Below are positions 52,171 to 64,000 of a stretch of 64,000 bases of DNA, piece after piece. The stretch spans positions 393,795 through 457,794 of the forward strand of contig NW_003314357.1 of assembly GCF_000143415.4 (NCBI RefSeq). Reading direction: 5' to 3'. The notes under the pieces are model-generated. The model worked only from the letters and a program-made list of their open reading frames with translations. It made no database searches and was not told the DNA's origin. Position 1 is the stretch's first letter, and every line of letters starts with the position of its first letter. The DNA is from Selaginella moellendorffii (lineage: Eukaryota; Plantae; Lycopodiophyta). Position numbers and translations under genes: made by a program.

Positions 52171-53334
52171 TAAATTGAACAAATGAAGGTTCTAGCAAAC
52201 TTTAAAATATTAAAATACGTAAATATCTAAGTTAAAATTTTCTATAAGATTGAATTGTTTAAAAAAGACAAAGTTCATGAGAACCTATCTTTTATAAAAC
52301 TATATTATTTTATTATGACAACTGTTACAGTTGTCATATTTTATTTGACTACTTAATATTTTGAATACTTTTACAGCTGTAGATACTATTCCTTCATTCA
52401 AAAGATTTTTTAGGGTTCTTGAGAAGATGGGAAGCAAGAAAAATATAAGATTTGTGAGTAAGAGTTGTAATGCAAAGGAATATGAGAATGTTAATTTTGT
52501 TTCACTACCACAATCTCCATATTACACTCTTGGTCCTTATTACCCATCTGGGAATGTGGAGACCACTATCACGATTGATAAAAATGCTCCTGTTACTTCT
52601 GAAACAACAGTCCAGAGCAAGAGAAATGAAGAAATGAACAGCACAGCAAAAAGCACCAAGAAATCTACTCCATAAAACTTTCCATGACATTTGTAATTTA
52701 CATATTAATTCATATTAAAAACTCTATTGCTTGCCTATATCGTAATCCTCTCATATGATAAGACCAAGGTATATTTTGCAGTGAATCCTCATTACAAGTT
52801 TTTGGGAATTGTTTGTAAATAATGATAAAAGAAATCAAAATCTTTCGAAAGACTCAAAAGTAATATCACATCAAAGAATCAACTTTATCTACATTTCCAA
52901 GACTGAAAGGCAATCTCACATGAGAGAATGGTAGCGTGCCAACGTGCTCTACCACTATAATGTGGTCTATATTTCCTTGCAATTTATTTCCCTAGACATT
53001 TGGCATGTGTAGAAAAGAATATATGTGTAGCAAAGTAAGATTCATCATAATAATAGAGCATGTGTATACATGATAATCTAAAATTCTAGAAGTTCTTATG
53101 TTTACAAGAAAGCTATGATTATGAAGCCCCATTTCCAAGACTGACATTTAAAGAATCTGAGTATTGTCAGTGTCATAATAAATAAACCTCATTCCCAAGA
53201 ATCTAAGTATTGTTGGTGTCATAATAAATAAACCTCATTCCCAAGACTAAAACTTAGTATATAAACTATCTAGAAAAGTTATAGTCATTGTAGGTTTTTT
53301 GTTCTCCTTGAGCTCCTTAGAAGTTTATATTGAA

Positions 53335-53880
53335 ATGGCTCAAAGGAGACTCATTGCTAATCGTACTTGGCCCCCCAGCATTTCATATCAATCTCCACCT
53401 CCATCCCCAAGTTCTACCAACATTCCACCTTCACCTCCACATAACAATCCTTTTTTTGCTGAGGGCTCTAGTGAAGCTGAATTAGAGCTCCCTATATATG
53501 AAATTCCAGATCTTGCTACTAGAGAGGGATTGCCTCCAGCGCTTCAAAAGCAATGCCACATGTTTTTGCAAGATCTTGCTCCTGACATGGCGAGACTACT
53601 TGAAAGCATAGAACGCTATTACATTCGGTGTCCAATATGCTACTTTTTCTTGGACAAGACAAATGGCTTTATGGGTTTACAAACTTTTCTTGAGCACTGT
53701 AAGAATTGCCCAATGGCAGGTCTGGAAAATGTGCATGTGTGGATGTACAATAGATTCAAGAATGAGTTACAGACACATACCCACTATCGCTTCATGGTGA
53801 GGAACAACATCCCCTTGGGAAACACTGCATTGGATAGTGCAAAATATGGCGTTTTTAGGCCACCCTATAGTGGAATGTAA
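53335..53880 (+). CDS. Small intronless protein: Pro/Ser-rich N-terminus and zf-XS-like zinc finger
   Basis: Intact ORF from MAQRRL. RCPIC...FMGLQTFLEHCKN...H resembles the CxxC..H..H finger of SGS3/IDN2-type proteins. A TATA-like tatataaa and ~46-bp direct repeats (53130-53250) lie upstream. Confidence 0.55.
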   Translation: MAQRRLIANRTWPPSISYQSPPPSPSSTNIPPSPPHNNPFFAEGSSEAELELPIYEIPDLATREGLPPALQKQCHMFLQDLAPDMARLLESIERYYIRCPICYFFLDKTNGFMGLQTFLEHCKNCPMAGLENVHVWMYNRFKNELQTHTHYRFMVRNNIPLGNTALDSAKYGVFRPPYSGM

Positions 53881-54190
53881 GATCTAGAATTACTTTACTA
53901 TACTATAGTATTGTCACTATTAAAAGAAAAAATATAATAAAATGATATTAGTTGTAGGTAACATACCTTGTTCTAGAAGGTGTTATCATATCACATACAA
54001 TTGTTTACAAAATGTTGAAGGAGGAGATGGCAACACACAAACGCTACAAAGTGATGGTGACAGGTGAGAATGATAATCTATAATTATGGTATCTGACACT
54101 AACACTAACATCTGACAATTTTACTGATATCTGACACTTTCACTGACATCTAACATATAATAAGCTTTTAAGGATGCAATTAACTTTCTT

Positions 54191-57100
54191 CTACCTCATC
54201 ATCAACATAATGATTTCTTTTATACTTCCTCCTATATTGGTATTGTGGGGAAGATTCACCTTGCATATGTTGAGCCATGGCTTCTGCATAGTCAGGGAGA
54301 CTTCCAAAGCCTCCAATTCTAGAAACTCCAGGTGACTGTGATCTATAAAATAAAATGAAATATATATTGAAATTTTAATAAACATAATTTACCTCCTTGA
54401 GGTTGAAGGCAACTCACGAAATCCTCTGAGCCAGCGTTTGAAGAAATGATGTTCTTCAATAGCAAACACTGACCTACCAGAGTCACGTGCTGCCTCCACC
54501 ATAGAACCGCTACCTGCTGTGCAATCAATCACAACACCATCTGGTGGGCAATAGAGCTCAAGCAAGACTTGCATTGCCGATGGAGTTCAGAATCGGTACC
54601 CTGGAAACGTGTTGTGGATCTGCTCATCCACAAGGTTGGGTATGATGTTAGTGGAACTGTCGTACCCAGGCAAAACACGTGCTGCACGTTCGCTATCACG
54701 AAACCCATCATGTGTGTTTCTGCAGAAGGCATGATAGGTCTACATCATAACTTGGAAAATAAAAATGTTTAGAAATTAGATAAAAATATAAAATACATAC
54801 TCACCTTTTCAGGCTTCCCTTGGACACCCCTTGTATCAACGCCAATAGGATCCATGATGCACCCGGAAGAGAATGACTTGAAATAAACTTTTGCTGCGCA
54901 CGTCATAAGCTCATACATCCAGTTGGGGTCGTTCGGTAGGATGAAGACGACATGGCCAGATTCGAGCATAAGTGCTTCGGACAATAGGAATGCATCGCGC
55001 AAGTGGTCAGGTGTGAGAAAGTTCCAATCCTCAACTTTCCCATCGATATCTGAAAGACCATCTGGAAAGTCGAAGAGAATGAAGTCCGTAATTGGGAGCA
55101 CGGGCCTTTGTATCTTTCGGCACCAACAGTTGAATTGGCGGCGTATATCCATGTTGATATCGTCTTCCATGAAAGATGTCAATAATCTACTATAAGAGCC
55201 AATGAAGATACCCACAATGCCTCGTTGTGTTATTGGGGACACAGGACGGACCTATAAAAGAGCTAAGTGAATGAAAAAAGTAATAAATAGTATGATACCG
55301 TTATATGGCATGTTGTTGATGAGAGTTCCTCCAACTCCTCTTCACGAGCATCTCGTCAAGCTGGAATGAAATTACTACCAACAATCATTGCTGCAAAAAA
55401 CATATATTACCACCTTTAGTTTGTAAAATTCACTTTTGTTTACCTCGAGGTCGACGTGATATTCTGTGAACCACTTGATCGTTATTTACTGGTAGAACTT
55501 GATCCGGATCTTGGTTATTTGATAGTTGAATTGGAGCCTATTCCTGACTGTCTGGTGGTGGAACACGAACTTAATCTGGAGCTTCCTCATCCTCATCTCC
55601 ATCGTCATTTGCATTGCCATCGTTGCTAACATTGATAGTTTCCTCGCGATCTAGTGTAGAGGTCTCCTTCTCTAGGAACTCCAACTCCCAAGGGCATTCT
55701 ATCTTCCGTGCCTTCGGAACTCTCGCAAACATTGTTGGGTACATTCCTCCATCCCTTACACCCTTTGCAACAAATCGAGTGCAAACTGGTGCCTCAAATG
55801 GCATGCCTCTATATTGAAGATACCTGTAAACAATATATATTAAAAAATAGTCTTAGAAATCATATTATACCTATAAGCTGCACATCACATGAAATAAGGT
55901 TGACCATGTTGGCAATCATTAGTTGTTGTGCTTGTAGACTTATTTGGCAGCCACCCCTCTTCGATCCCTTCCAATGACGTGTTGATGTAGGTGTCGAAAG
56001 ACATGAATGTGCCATTTGGATCGTCACCAATATGTGGTGCCAAGAACTTCTCACCTTCACTTATAGTTTGCGTGATGTAGACAGCCCTTTTCATCATGTT
56101 CTCAAATAGTTCTGGCAGTCCTTTCTCTCTGTTCATTAAGCAGACATTGAGGAACTTCAGAGTCTCTATCTATTGCTTATATGGAAACTTCGATTTTGCG
56201 ATATTGTAAATCATGTCATCTGGAGTTTTGTTCACTGCAAAAGTAACATATGCATAATTAAGAAAAATGAAGTGTGATAAGAAACTTACATTCATAAGAA
56301 GAAATTTCGGCCATAGTCTCTAGCCACTCCTTCGGCCTGCGATTGTCTACAATGCATACTAGTTTCTTCAACTTTGAGGACTTTGCATGCTGAATTTTGT
56401 GCTCAATTTGTACAAACTCAACTGAGAGCTCTTCCCAACTCTTCTCCGGATATATAAGTTCATAAGCATTCTACTTGACCTTCACCAAAGGCTAAAAACC
56501 AAAACAATTAAAAGAGGCTTTTATAAAATAAAAAGGAAAGACATACCTTACACCACACAGCGAGCATAAAATTGATTGGGTTGTTGAACCAAATTGTACC
56601 ATCATTTTGAGTGCGTGAGTGCCGAACAAGTATTGTGAGATCATCACCATAATGTTGGCAAATGTCATCCTCACTCAAGTTTGCCAAAAATCGAAGTTGC
56701 TCAATGTCATGGACAAGGATTTGTTTTTGAACAGCAAACTGCCCAAGTCTACATTTAAACACAACAAAACAAATTAAAGTGGAGTTAGAGGTAAAATTAT
56801 AAAACTTATGTATTGATCTTTTGGCAGGCCAAGATAAGTCTGTTGACATCCAAAGGTCCCCTCGCGTAGACATGGCTGACTGGAATGTTGATATGGTAGA
56901 CGGGATCATCGCGAAAATGATCGTCGATACACTTCATCCAAGCTCTATATCGGTGGTTACCGTCAATAATTTGGAACATTGTCCCCGCAAGCTATCGAGT
57001 CTCAGGATGTCTGATAAGCATGTCATCGAATTCTAGGGACTTCCTCCTCCAAATAGGATACTAGCTATTCACAATCTCGGGTGTGACAGTAATGATCTCT

Positions 57101-57773
57101 GTTGTTCCTGGCTTGCAAAAAGAGACTAGAAACATACCGATATTTATTGCAAGGCCATTCTGTTTGAACAAGCTGTATATATCCGGGTTGACATACTTGG
57201 ATGCTGTGCGGACAAGGTTCGTATGCTGCAAACGGCAAAGGGGGATTTCTCTGATGAAGTCACAAGGGCCTGGCCACTTGAGCGCCTCAAGTGTTTGGTG
57301 AACTGCTTTTTCCCTTGTCCGTCTCTTGGAAGCGCTTGTCCACCACGTTGTCAGGAAGGTCTACAACTCTTTTAGCTCCAGGCTGTTCCTCAGGTTCCCT
57401 ATCATGAACACCACTAGATTGCCCAACTTCAGGGATTTGCATTGGTGGTGGTGGCGGTGGTGGCGGGGGCAAAGGCAATAGTGGCAGTGGTGGTGGCGGT
57501 GGTGGCGGGGGCAAAGGCAATAGTGGCAGTGGTGGTGGCAATGGTGGTGGTGGCAGTGGCGATGGAGGTGGTGGAGGTGGTGATGGAGGTGGTGGAGGTG
57601 GCGATAGCGATGGTGGAGGTGGTGATGGTGGTGGAGGTGGTGAATCTCTAACTAAATATGTCTCTGTTGTGCCAATGGACATGTCAATTGTGATGTCATC
57701 GTCAGTGCCGAATTGAACTTCTCGTGTCTTCTTGGCTCCACCAACCTTTTTATGTGTTACAATTTTCCTTTTC
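54191..57773 (-). pseudogene. Multi-exon ParB/Srx-like + beta-class N4/N6 DNA methyltransferase gene with premature stops
   Basis: Poly-Pro N-terminus. FQIIDGNHRYRAW at ~56938-56976 (hand translation, frame broken by TAG codons). Motif-IV-like DFILFDFPDG at ~55057-55086. Motif X/I LLELYCPPDGVVIDCTAGSGSMVEAARDSGRSVFAIE at 54455-54565. GT-AG introns. Confidence 0.8.
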
Positions 57774-57891
57774 TGCAAGAGAAAAATTTTTGTTAGTCAA
57801 ACTAAATAAAGATAATGAGAAATTCAAACAGTCAAAGAGAAAAAAAAATCAAGTGGGCCTAGACTCCACCTCAGGCACTTTGGTTGCCCAG

Positions 57892-58190
57892 GGGGCCGAG
57901 GTTATTCAAATAACCTCGGCCCCTCCGGCCCCTAAAGTGCCCGAGGTCGAGCTCGGGCCAGCCACCTCAGGCACTTCGGTGGCCGCCTCGACCTCGGGCA
58001 GTTTTAATTGCAGAGGGGCAGAGGTTATTTGAATAACCTTGGCCCCTCGACGAGCAAAACTGCCCGAGGTGGCCGGCCCGAGCTCGACCTCAGGCAGTTT
58101 TGCTTGTTGAGGGGCCGAGGTTATTTGAATAACCTTGGCCCCTCGGCAAGCAAAACTACCCGAGGTTGCCGGCTCGAGCTCGACCTTGGC
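57892..58190. repeat. Three palindromes GAGGGGCCGAGGTTATT-NN-AATAACCTYGGCCCCTC in ~95-120 bp units (cassette B)
   Basis: Copies at ~57892, ~58013 and ~58109. Confidence 0.85.
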
Positions 58191-58351
58191 CAGCAAAGAA
58201 GCAATCAAGAAAAAAAAAGGGAAGCAATGGAATGGAAGCAATAGACTCAAAAAATGGAAGTGGAAGCAATCAAATCGAAACTCACTCTTGGTGGCATCTT
58301 TCCTCCCTCGATTTCTTGATCGTGCTAGATTTCTTGTGCGTTCAATCTCTC

Positions 58352-59950
58352 TGTAAAAAACCAAAGGGAACGACTCGAGAGACGGTCCATGGGGTTCAAA
58401 TATAGAGGGAAAGGGCCCATGAACAAGAGTGCACTCGAACGACTCGAGAGACGGTCCATGGGGTTCAAATATAGAGGGAAAGGGCCCATGAACAAGAATG
58501 CACCTCCTTTTCCAATCAGTTAAGGGTCTTGGGATAGTTGGGGTTAAGCATCCTTGGGTTAGAATAGTACTGGGTTGGGTGACCTCCCAGGAAGTCCAAA
58601 CTCAGGAGCTTACATTTGGTATTAGAGGGATTTCGGGTCCGACTTTGTTGGTTGGCTAGGGGAATCACACCACATGTTGATTGACATCTGGCTGGCCCAG
58701 TTTGCTCCCGCTGTGCTCGACCCGAGGGGTAAGGTGTCAAGAGAGCGGGGCTCTTAGGAGAGCTGCGGCTCTTAACTTCCATTCACGAGGGCGTGAACTT
58801 GCAAGGAAGCGTGGTGGATTGTAAATAACCAAAGGGAACGACTCGAGAGACGGTCTATGGGGTTCAAATATAGAGGGAAAGGGCCCATGAACAAGAGTGC
58901 ACCCCCTTTTTCAGTCAGTTAAGGGTGTTGGGATAGTTGGGGTTAAGCGTCCTTGGGTTAGAATAGTACTGGGTTGGGTGTGAACAAGAGTGCACCCCCT
59001 TTTCCAATCAGTTAAGGGTCTTGGGATAGTTGGGGTTAAGCGTCCTTGGGTTAGAATAGTACTAGGTTGGGTGACCTCCCGGGAAGTCCAAACTCAAGAG
59101 CTTACATTTGGTATTAGAGGGGTCTCAGGTCCAACTCTGTTGGTTGGCTAGGGGAATCACACCACATGTTGATTGACATCTGGCTGGTCCAGTTTATTCC
59201 CGCTGGGCTCGACCCGAGGGGTAGGGTGTCAAGAGAGCGGGGCTTCTGTTCACGAGGGCATGAACTTGCAGGGAAGCGTGGTGGATTGTAAGCAACCAAA
59301 GGGAACGACTCGAGAGACAGTCCATGGGGTTCAAATATAGAGAGAAAGGGCCCATGAACAAGAGTGCACCCCCTTTTCCAATCAGTTAAGGGTCTTGGGA
59401 TAGTTGGGGTTAAGCGTCCTTGGGTTAGAATAGTATTGGGTTGGGTGACCTCCCGGGAAGTCCAAACTCAGGAGCTTACATTTGGTATTAGAGGGGTCTC
59501 AGGTCTGACTCTGTTGGTTGGCTAGGGGAATCACACTACATGTTGATTGACATCTAGCTGGTCCAGTTTGCTCCTGCTGGGCTCGACCCGAGGGGTAGGG
59601 TGTCAAGAGAGCGGGGGGTTCTTAGGAGAGCTGTGGCTCTCAGCTTCCGTTCACGAGGGTGTGAACTTGCAGGGAAGTGTGGTGGATTGTAAGCAACCAA
59701 AGGGAACGACTCGAGAAACGGTCCATGGGGTTCAAATATAGAGAGAAAGGGCCCATGAACAAGAGTGCACCTGAACGACTCGAGAGATGGTCCATGGGGT
59801 TCAAATATAGAGGGAAAGGGCCCATGAACAAGAGTGCACCCCCTTTTCCAATCGGTTAAGGGTCTTGGGATACTTGGAGTTAAGTGTCCTTGGGTTTGAA
59901 TAGTACTGGGTTAGATGACCTCCCGGGAAGTTCAAACTTAGGAGCTTACA
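58352..59950 (+). mobile_element. Tandem Cassandra TRIM array (4 LTRs, 3 internal domains)
   Basis: LTRs 58352-58614, 58820-59106, 59287-59480 and 59688-59950, each with a 5S-like segment. TSD CTCTC (58347-58351/59951-59955). Confidence 0.9.
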
Positions 59951-60222
59951 CTCTCGCGCTCGTGCACTCAATCTCTCCTGCTCGCGCACTCAATCTCTCT
60001 GGCTCACGCGATCAAACTCTCCCGCTCGCATGCTCAATCTCTCCCGCTCGCGCACTCAAACTCTCCCGCTCGCGCACTCAATCTCTCCCGCTCATGCGCT
60101 CAATCCCTCGATCTCCTTCGCGCTCAATCTCTCGATCTCTCGCGCGCTCCACTCACGATGCGAACAGTAACCTAATCTTGGCAGCTACCCTAACCCTAAT
60201 CCTGACGGCTGCCCTAACCCTA
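59951..60222. repeat. CpG-rich ~20-bp tandem repeat (CTCAATCTCTCCCGCTCGCGCA) followed by CCCTAA motifs
   Basis: Visible tandem units 59951-60155; accctaaccctaa and gccctaaccctat at 60187-60223. Confidence 0.75.
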
Positions 60223-61168
60223 TCCAATCTTTAATCCTGGCCGTTCATTCTGAATAACCTAAATCTCAACCATCACAATATCTTTGATCTTATTTTATCT
60301 TATCATTATTATTATATGTAAATTATGCTTCTTTATTTTGTATATTTTAATGATGGTATAACTAGCACCTATCAACATTTCTATTATTAGAGATATGATA
60401 TTATATTTTACAAATTATCTAGAAAGGATGCATTCTCATCAATAGTTTGTATATATTTTGGAATCGTTACAAGAACTTCAAAGAGTATAAATAAGGCACG
60501 TTAAAATATGTTGTACTATATCCATCTATGAATGGATGAATCCTCATCCAGAAATTTATTTTGTGTTGTATTAGATCCTAAACAATAGGCATGTGCTTTA
60601 AATGTCATTGAGCAGTGTTCACAATTATGGATAAAACTTGAGTTGTACTACGAATCAAATCTGTCATTGAAGAATAAGATTTGACAAGATTTATTATCAT
60701 CTACCACTTAAAATTTGACAACTTGACATATCACACGTGCTGATAGTTAGATTGGATCTCTTGGTTTGACACGTTATAGCAGAATGTCATTACTGGTATC
60801 ATTATTAACTATCAAACTTCACGTGCTGAAAATCTTTCCTTGGATCTATGTGTATACATGCATCAGACATCATAATAGATGACAGTAATATTAATACTAT
60901 CACACTAACACATGTTAAATTTGTTATAGAATTTAAATTCATTTTGTACGTTGTCTTCTTATTACTCTATTTAAATTTCAATTATGTTTCACTATAGATT
61001 TTTACAAGTAGCATAAAGAGAGAACTCCAAAACCTATTGAGAAGGATGGAGAGGTTTTTTCTTCATTTTTGAGATCACCAACCTCTTTCATTCTCTCAAA
61101 GTATTGTTTCTGAAAGTTTTTTATGTCGGCGTTTTGATCTTCGTCTTGGCTCTATTTCTTTAGAGGTT

Positions 61169-64000
61169 GTGATCCGCAACGACACCGGTATAGTTGCATA
61201 CTCAAAGTTTCTTCTTTCTGGTGTGGGCGAGGGTGGACAACAATGGGATTTACAAAATTCCAAGTCAAAGGAGATTCGAGTGTTCGGATCTCCAGTCAAA
61301 ATGCCAAAATGCACTCCAGCCAAAGTGAATGTGAAGCAAGAGTCAATCGTTATCCTCTCGTCCTCTTCTAGTTCAAGTGGAGATGTCATGCTAGTGTCGG
61401 CGCCAAATTCACCAACTCCAACTCCAACTTCAGCAATATTCAAAGCTGTTAGCAATGCTTTCCAGTTTTCACACCTCTCAATCGACATGCACTTGTTTTT
61501 GTATAGGCTTGTGAGTGAGCTTCCATCCTCCTACAACAGCAACATTTTCTTTGAGCTACCACCTCTTGTCAACAGCACAGGTTTCAAACGTAAGGGGATG
61601 GAAACCAAGTAGGATGTCCACAATTAGTGCAAGATCAAAACCACACACTTCCAACATTTTGAAGGCATAATGTCTATAGTTCATTGTGGCGGGCATTTAG
61701 ATTGTGTGGATGAAGCATGCAATCGAGACTGCTCTAGAAACTCTATATTTTTCGACTATGCAAGAAGAGACTATGAGAAACTCATCTACAACTCCGAAGC
61801 ATGTTCAAAAGACCGTCCTCAAGGATTTTATCACAAATGCCTTTCTCAATCTAGGTTGCCAAAAGACTCAACTAAACGAGGCTAGCTTGCGGGACTTATT
61901 ATAAGGAGTACAACCTGCTACTAGCCTAAGGAGGTACATCCGTTATTTTTCATACGTTATAATAATAATTTTTTCTTACATTATATTGTTTAGGATAAAA
62001 TCTTGGATGTGTGAATCTCGAGAGGGGAAGTTGCAATAAAAAATTGACTCCATCCTTGAATTGAAACGGACCTGTCCATACGAGTTCATCCATGGAAATT
62101 TGTTTCCAGACCAAGTTGTGAATGAGCAAGAGTGCCCCTTCGTCTTCAAAATGTCTACCATGGGCCCTGCCTCTGGCGTAGATCTTGTCTCCCAAATGGA
62201 CATGTTTGGGTCCAGTAACCTTGCAAATGCATGGGTACATTTTGACCATATGGAGCATGTATCTGGTTGGACAACCATGGGAACTCATGTGTATGATCCA
62301 AGGTAATTTTTATTCTCATTATATTGAAATTGTTATAATATTTATGTTTTCATAGGCTACGTTGTAACTTAACAATTGCGACAGCAAAGTTTAAAGTACA
62401 AGACCAGACAGCACAGGAAATATTTTGGAAGTCCCTCTCTGATATTGTCCTAAAGCGGACTAGTAAGCCTGCAAACTTTCGTGGTTTCATGGCAGATGGG
62501 GCTGGTGCAAACTGGAATGGTATCCGAGCAGTTTTTGGGAATGGTCAACCATTGGAAGGTCGTGAGAGGACTTGTGAGTTCCATTGGGCTCAAAGCCTAA
62601 ACCAGCACTACCACCTTATCAAGCCAGAGTTTCAATCAATATTTAAGGAGTTGTGCAAACAATGGCAAGTTGCACCTTCTGAAGAAGAACATGAGGCAAA
62701 AGCAAATGAGATCCGAATGTGGTGGCGTGAAGATGGCCATACAGACATCAGTTGCCTACCACAACTTGAGTCATAGTTAGGATGGTGGGAAGTTAGGATG
62801 TTCCAATGGGGACATCACTCTTTTTAGGTTGGTTTATATTTTTTCTTCTCCTTTTATTACCTTTTAATATTGCTTTTTCCATTAGGATCAACCACTTGAG
62901 GACCTCGCATACACCCCAACTATGAATCTTTCCGAAAGTAAGCATTAGAGTTGGTGTTCCTCTGAGGCAGGGAAAGGGAAGATAAGTCTATACGAAGCCT
63001 ATCTATCAAATTTGATACATGCTATAGAGCAATCTTCAAAAGCACTGGCATTTGAGGAAGGAAGATACATGGGAACAGGGCTTTCTGTTGAGATGTTACA
63101 TGATAGGATGAAGAGAAAATTAACTCCACCCACCCAAACAATAGCAACTGTAGTTGAGGAAGTGGTCTGTGGCACATCTATAGAGTACACTCCCCGAGTT
63201 TCTATTGGTGATATGAAAACTGTCCGCTCAAAGCGTCGTTTTTCCTTTGCTGGGGAAGATGTTGGTACGGACCTTGGAGCAAAAAGCTCTCACAGGCCTG
63301 ATATCGAGTACCATTCTGCTCCAAGACACCACTCTCAGACCAAGCCACCTCAAGTGGCTGATGAAGAGAGTGCATTGCAACAGGTTGAAATTACTTACCG
63401 TAGCATAGAGCCGAAGCAATGGGCAATCCGACATGTGCCAGCAAAATCAAATGTAAGGTGTGTGGGGATGCTTCCGAGGGGCAAGTGTTGGGCCTGGATT
63501 CATGGTGAAAAATCTGCTTCTGTTCCAGCCCCATGTTTCTATGGGGAACGAAAGCAAGCAGGATTTTCAAAATGGTGCTGGCTATATTGTTGCAACACCG
63601 ATGCCAACCATACGAAGTGGCTTGAAGACACTATAATGACTAAACCTGATGCAGTACCTAAAGAATGGCCGGTTGCTAATGGGGTCGCGCTCACCTCAGA
63701 TGAGATTGAAACCTTGAGAAATTTGGTTTTAATCTTGAGAGGAGAGTTGGAGACATGAGTGACAGGAGCAGGACTATTCCTATAGAGATGCACAGGAGGC
63801 CAGCACGAAAAGGTAAGGCAGTTAAATTTATTGGTACCGTCTCCAAGCAGAAGCAAGGTAAAATAAACTTGGCTCAAACACTTGAGTGTGAGATTCTCTC
63901 TATGAAGTACATCACTGCGCTTGCAAAGGAGTACACAGTCAAAACAGAAGGTGGAGAGTACACAATTGCCATTCACGACTTTCCTTCTTGCACATGTCCA
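61169..64000 (+). pseudogene. Second GCM-like/MULE/SWIM transposase copy (cassette B), decayed; runs off the right edge
   Basis: Paralogous to 44566-47773: LPSSYNSNIFFELPP, HCGGHLDC, WVHFDHMEHVSGWTTMG, FMADGAG...CEFHWAQS, with the SWIM start YTIAIHDFPSCTCP at the edge. Stops and deletions present. Confidence 0.8.

Noticed and set aside
57724-58364. ORFs with AEVIQITSAP repeats on both strands
   Set aside because: The same peptide on both strands is a by-product of the DNA palindromes.
58540-59935. 5S rRNA genes
   Set aside because: Only the internal ~55-60 bp 5S segment is present, embedded in TRIM LTRs.

Overview
Eukaryotic, land-plant DNA: TTTAGGG repeats, a PLS-class PPR relic, Cassandra 5S-TRIMs and 47-57 nt GT-AG introns. 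The style suggests a lycophyte such as Selaginella (inference). The window is almost entirely transposon-derived. The main observation is a recurring head-to-head cassette in which a DNA-transposase gene faces away from a large intron-containing cargo gene encoding a ParB/Sulfiredoxin-like domain plus a beta-class N4/N6 (amino) DNA-methyltransferase-like domain. Cassette A (1-~10850) looks intact: a CxC/DUF7869(Sola-like) transposase and an 11-exon, ~1643-aa ParB-MTase-like-FCP1 phosphatase gene, with at least 14 copies of a 22-bp palindrome, several inside the gene's own small introns. Cassette B (~53300-64000) has a decayed ParB(DGNHR)-MTase gene, a zf-XS-like ORF and a GCM-like/MULE/SWIM transposase. 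A truncated cassette C (~42540-47900) has a related transposase. B and C each carry their own palindrome. A host Kelch-repeat gene is split by a 29.3-kb nested stack of LTR retrotransposons (TSD GGCTC). A chimeric bulb-type lectin ORF abuts a 101-N gap. Domain calls are by eye from motifs; no searches were run.
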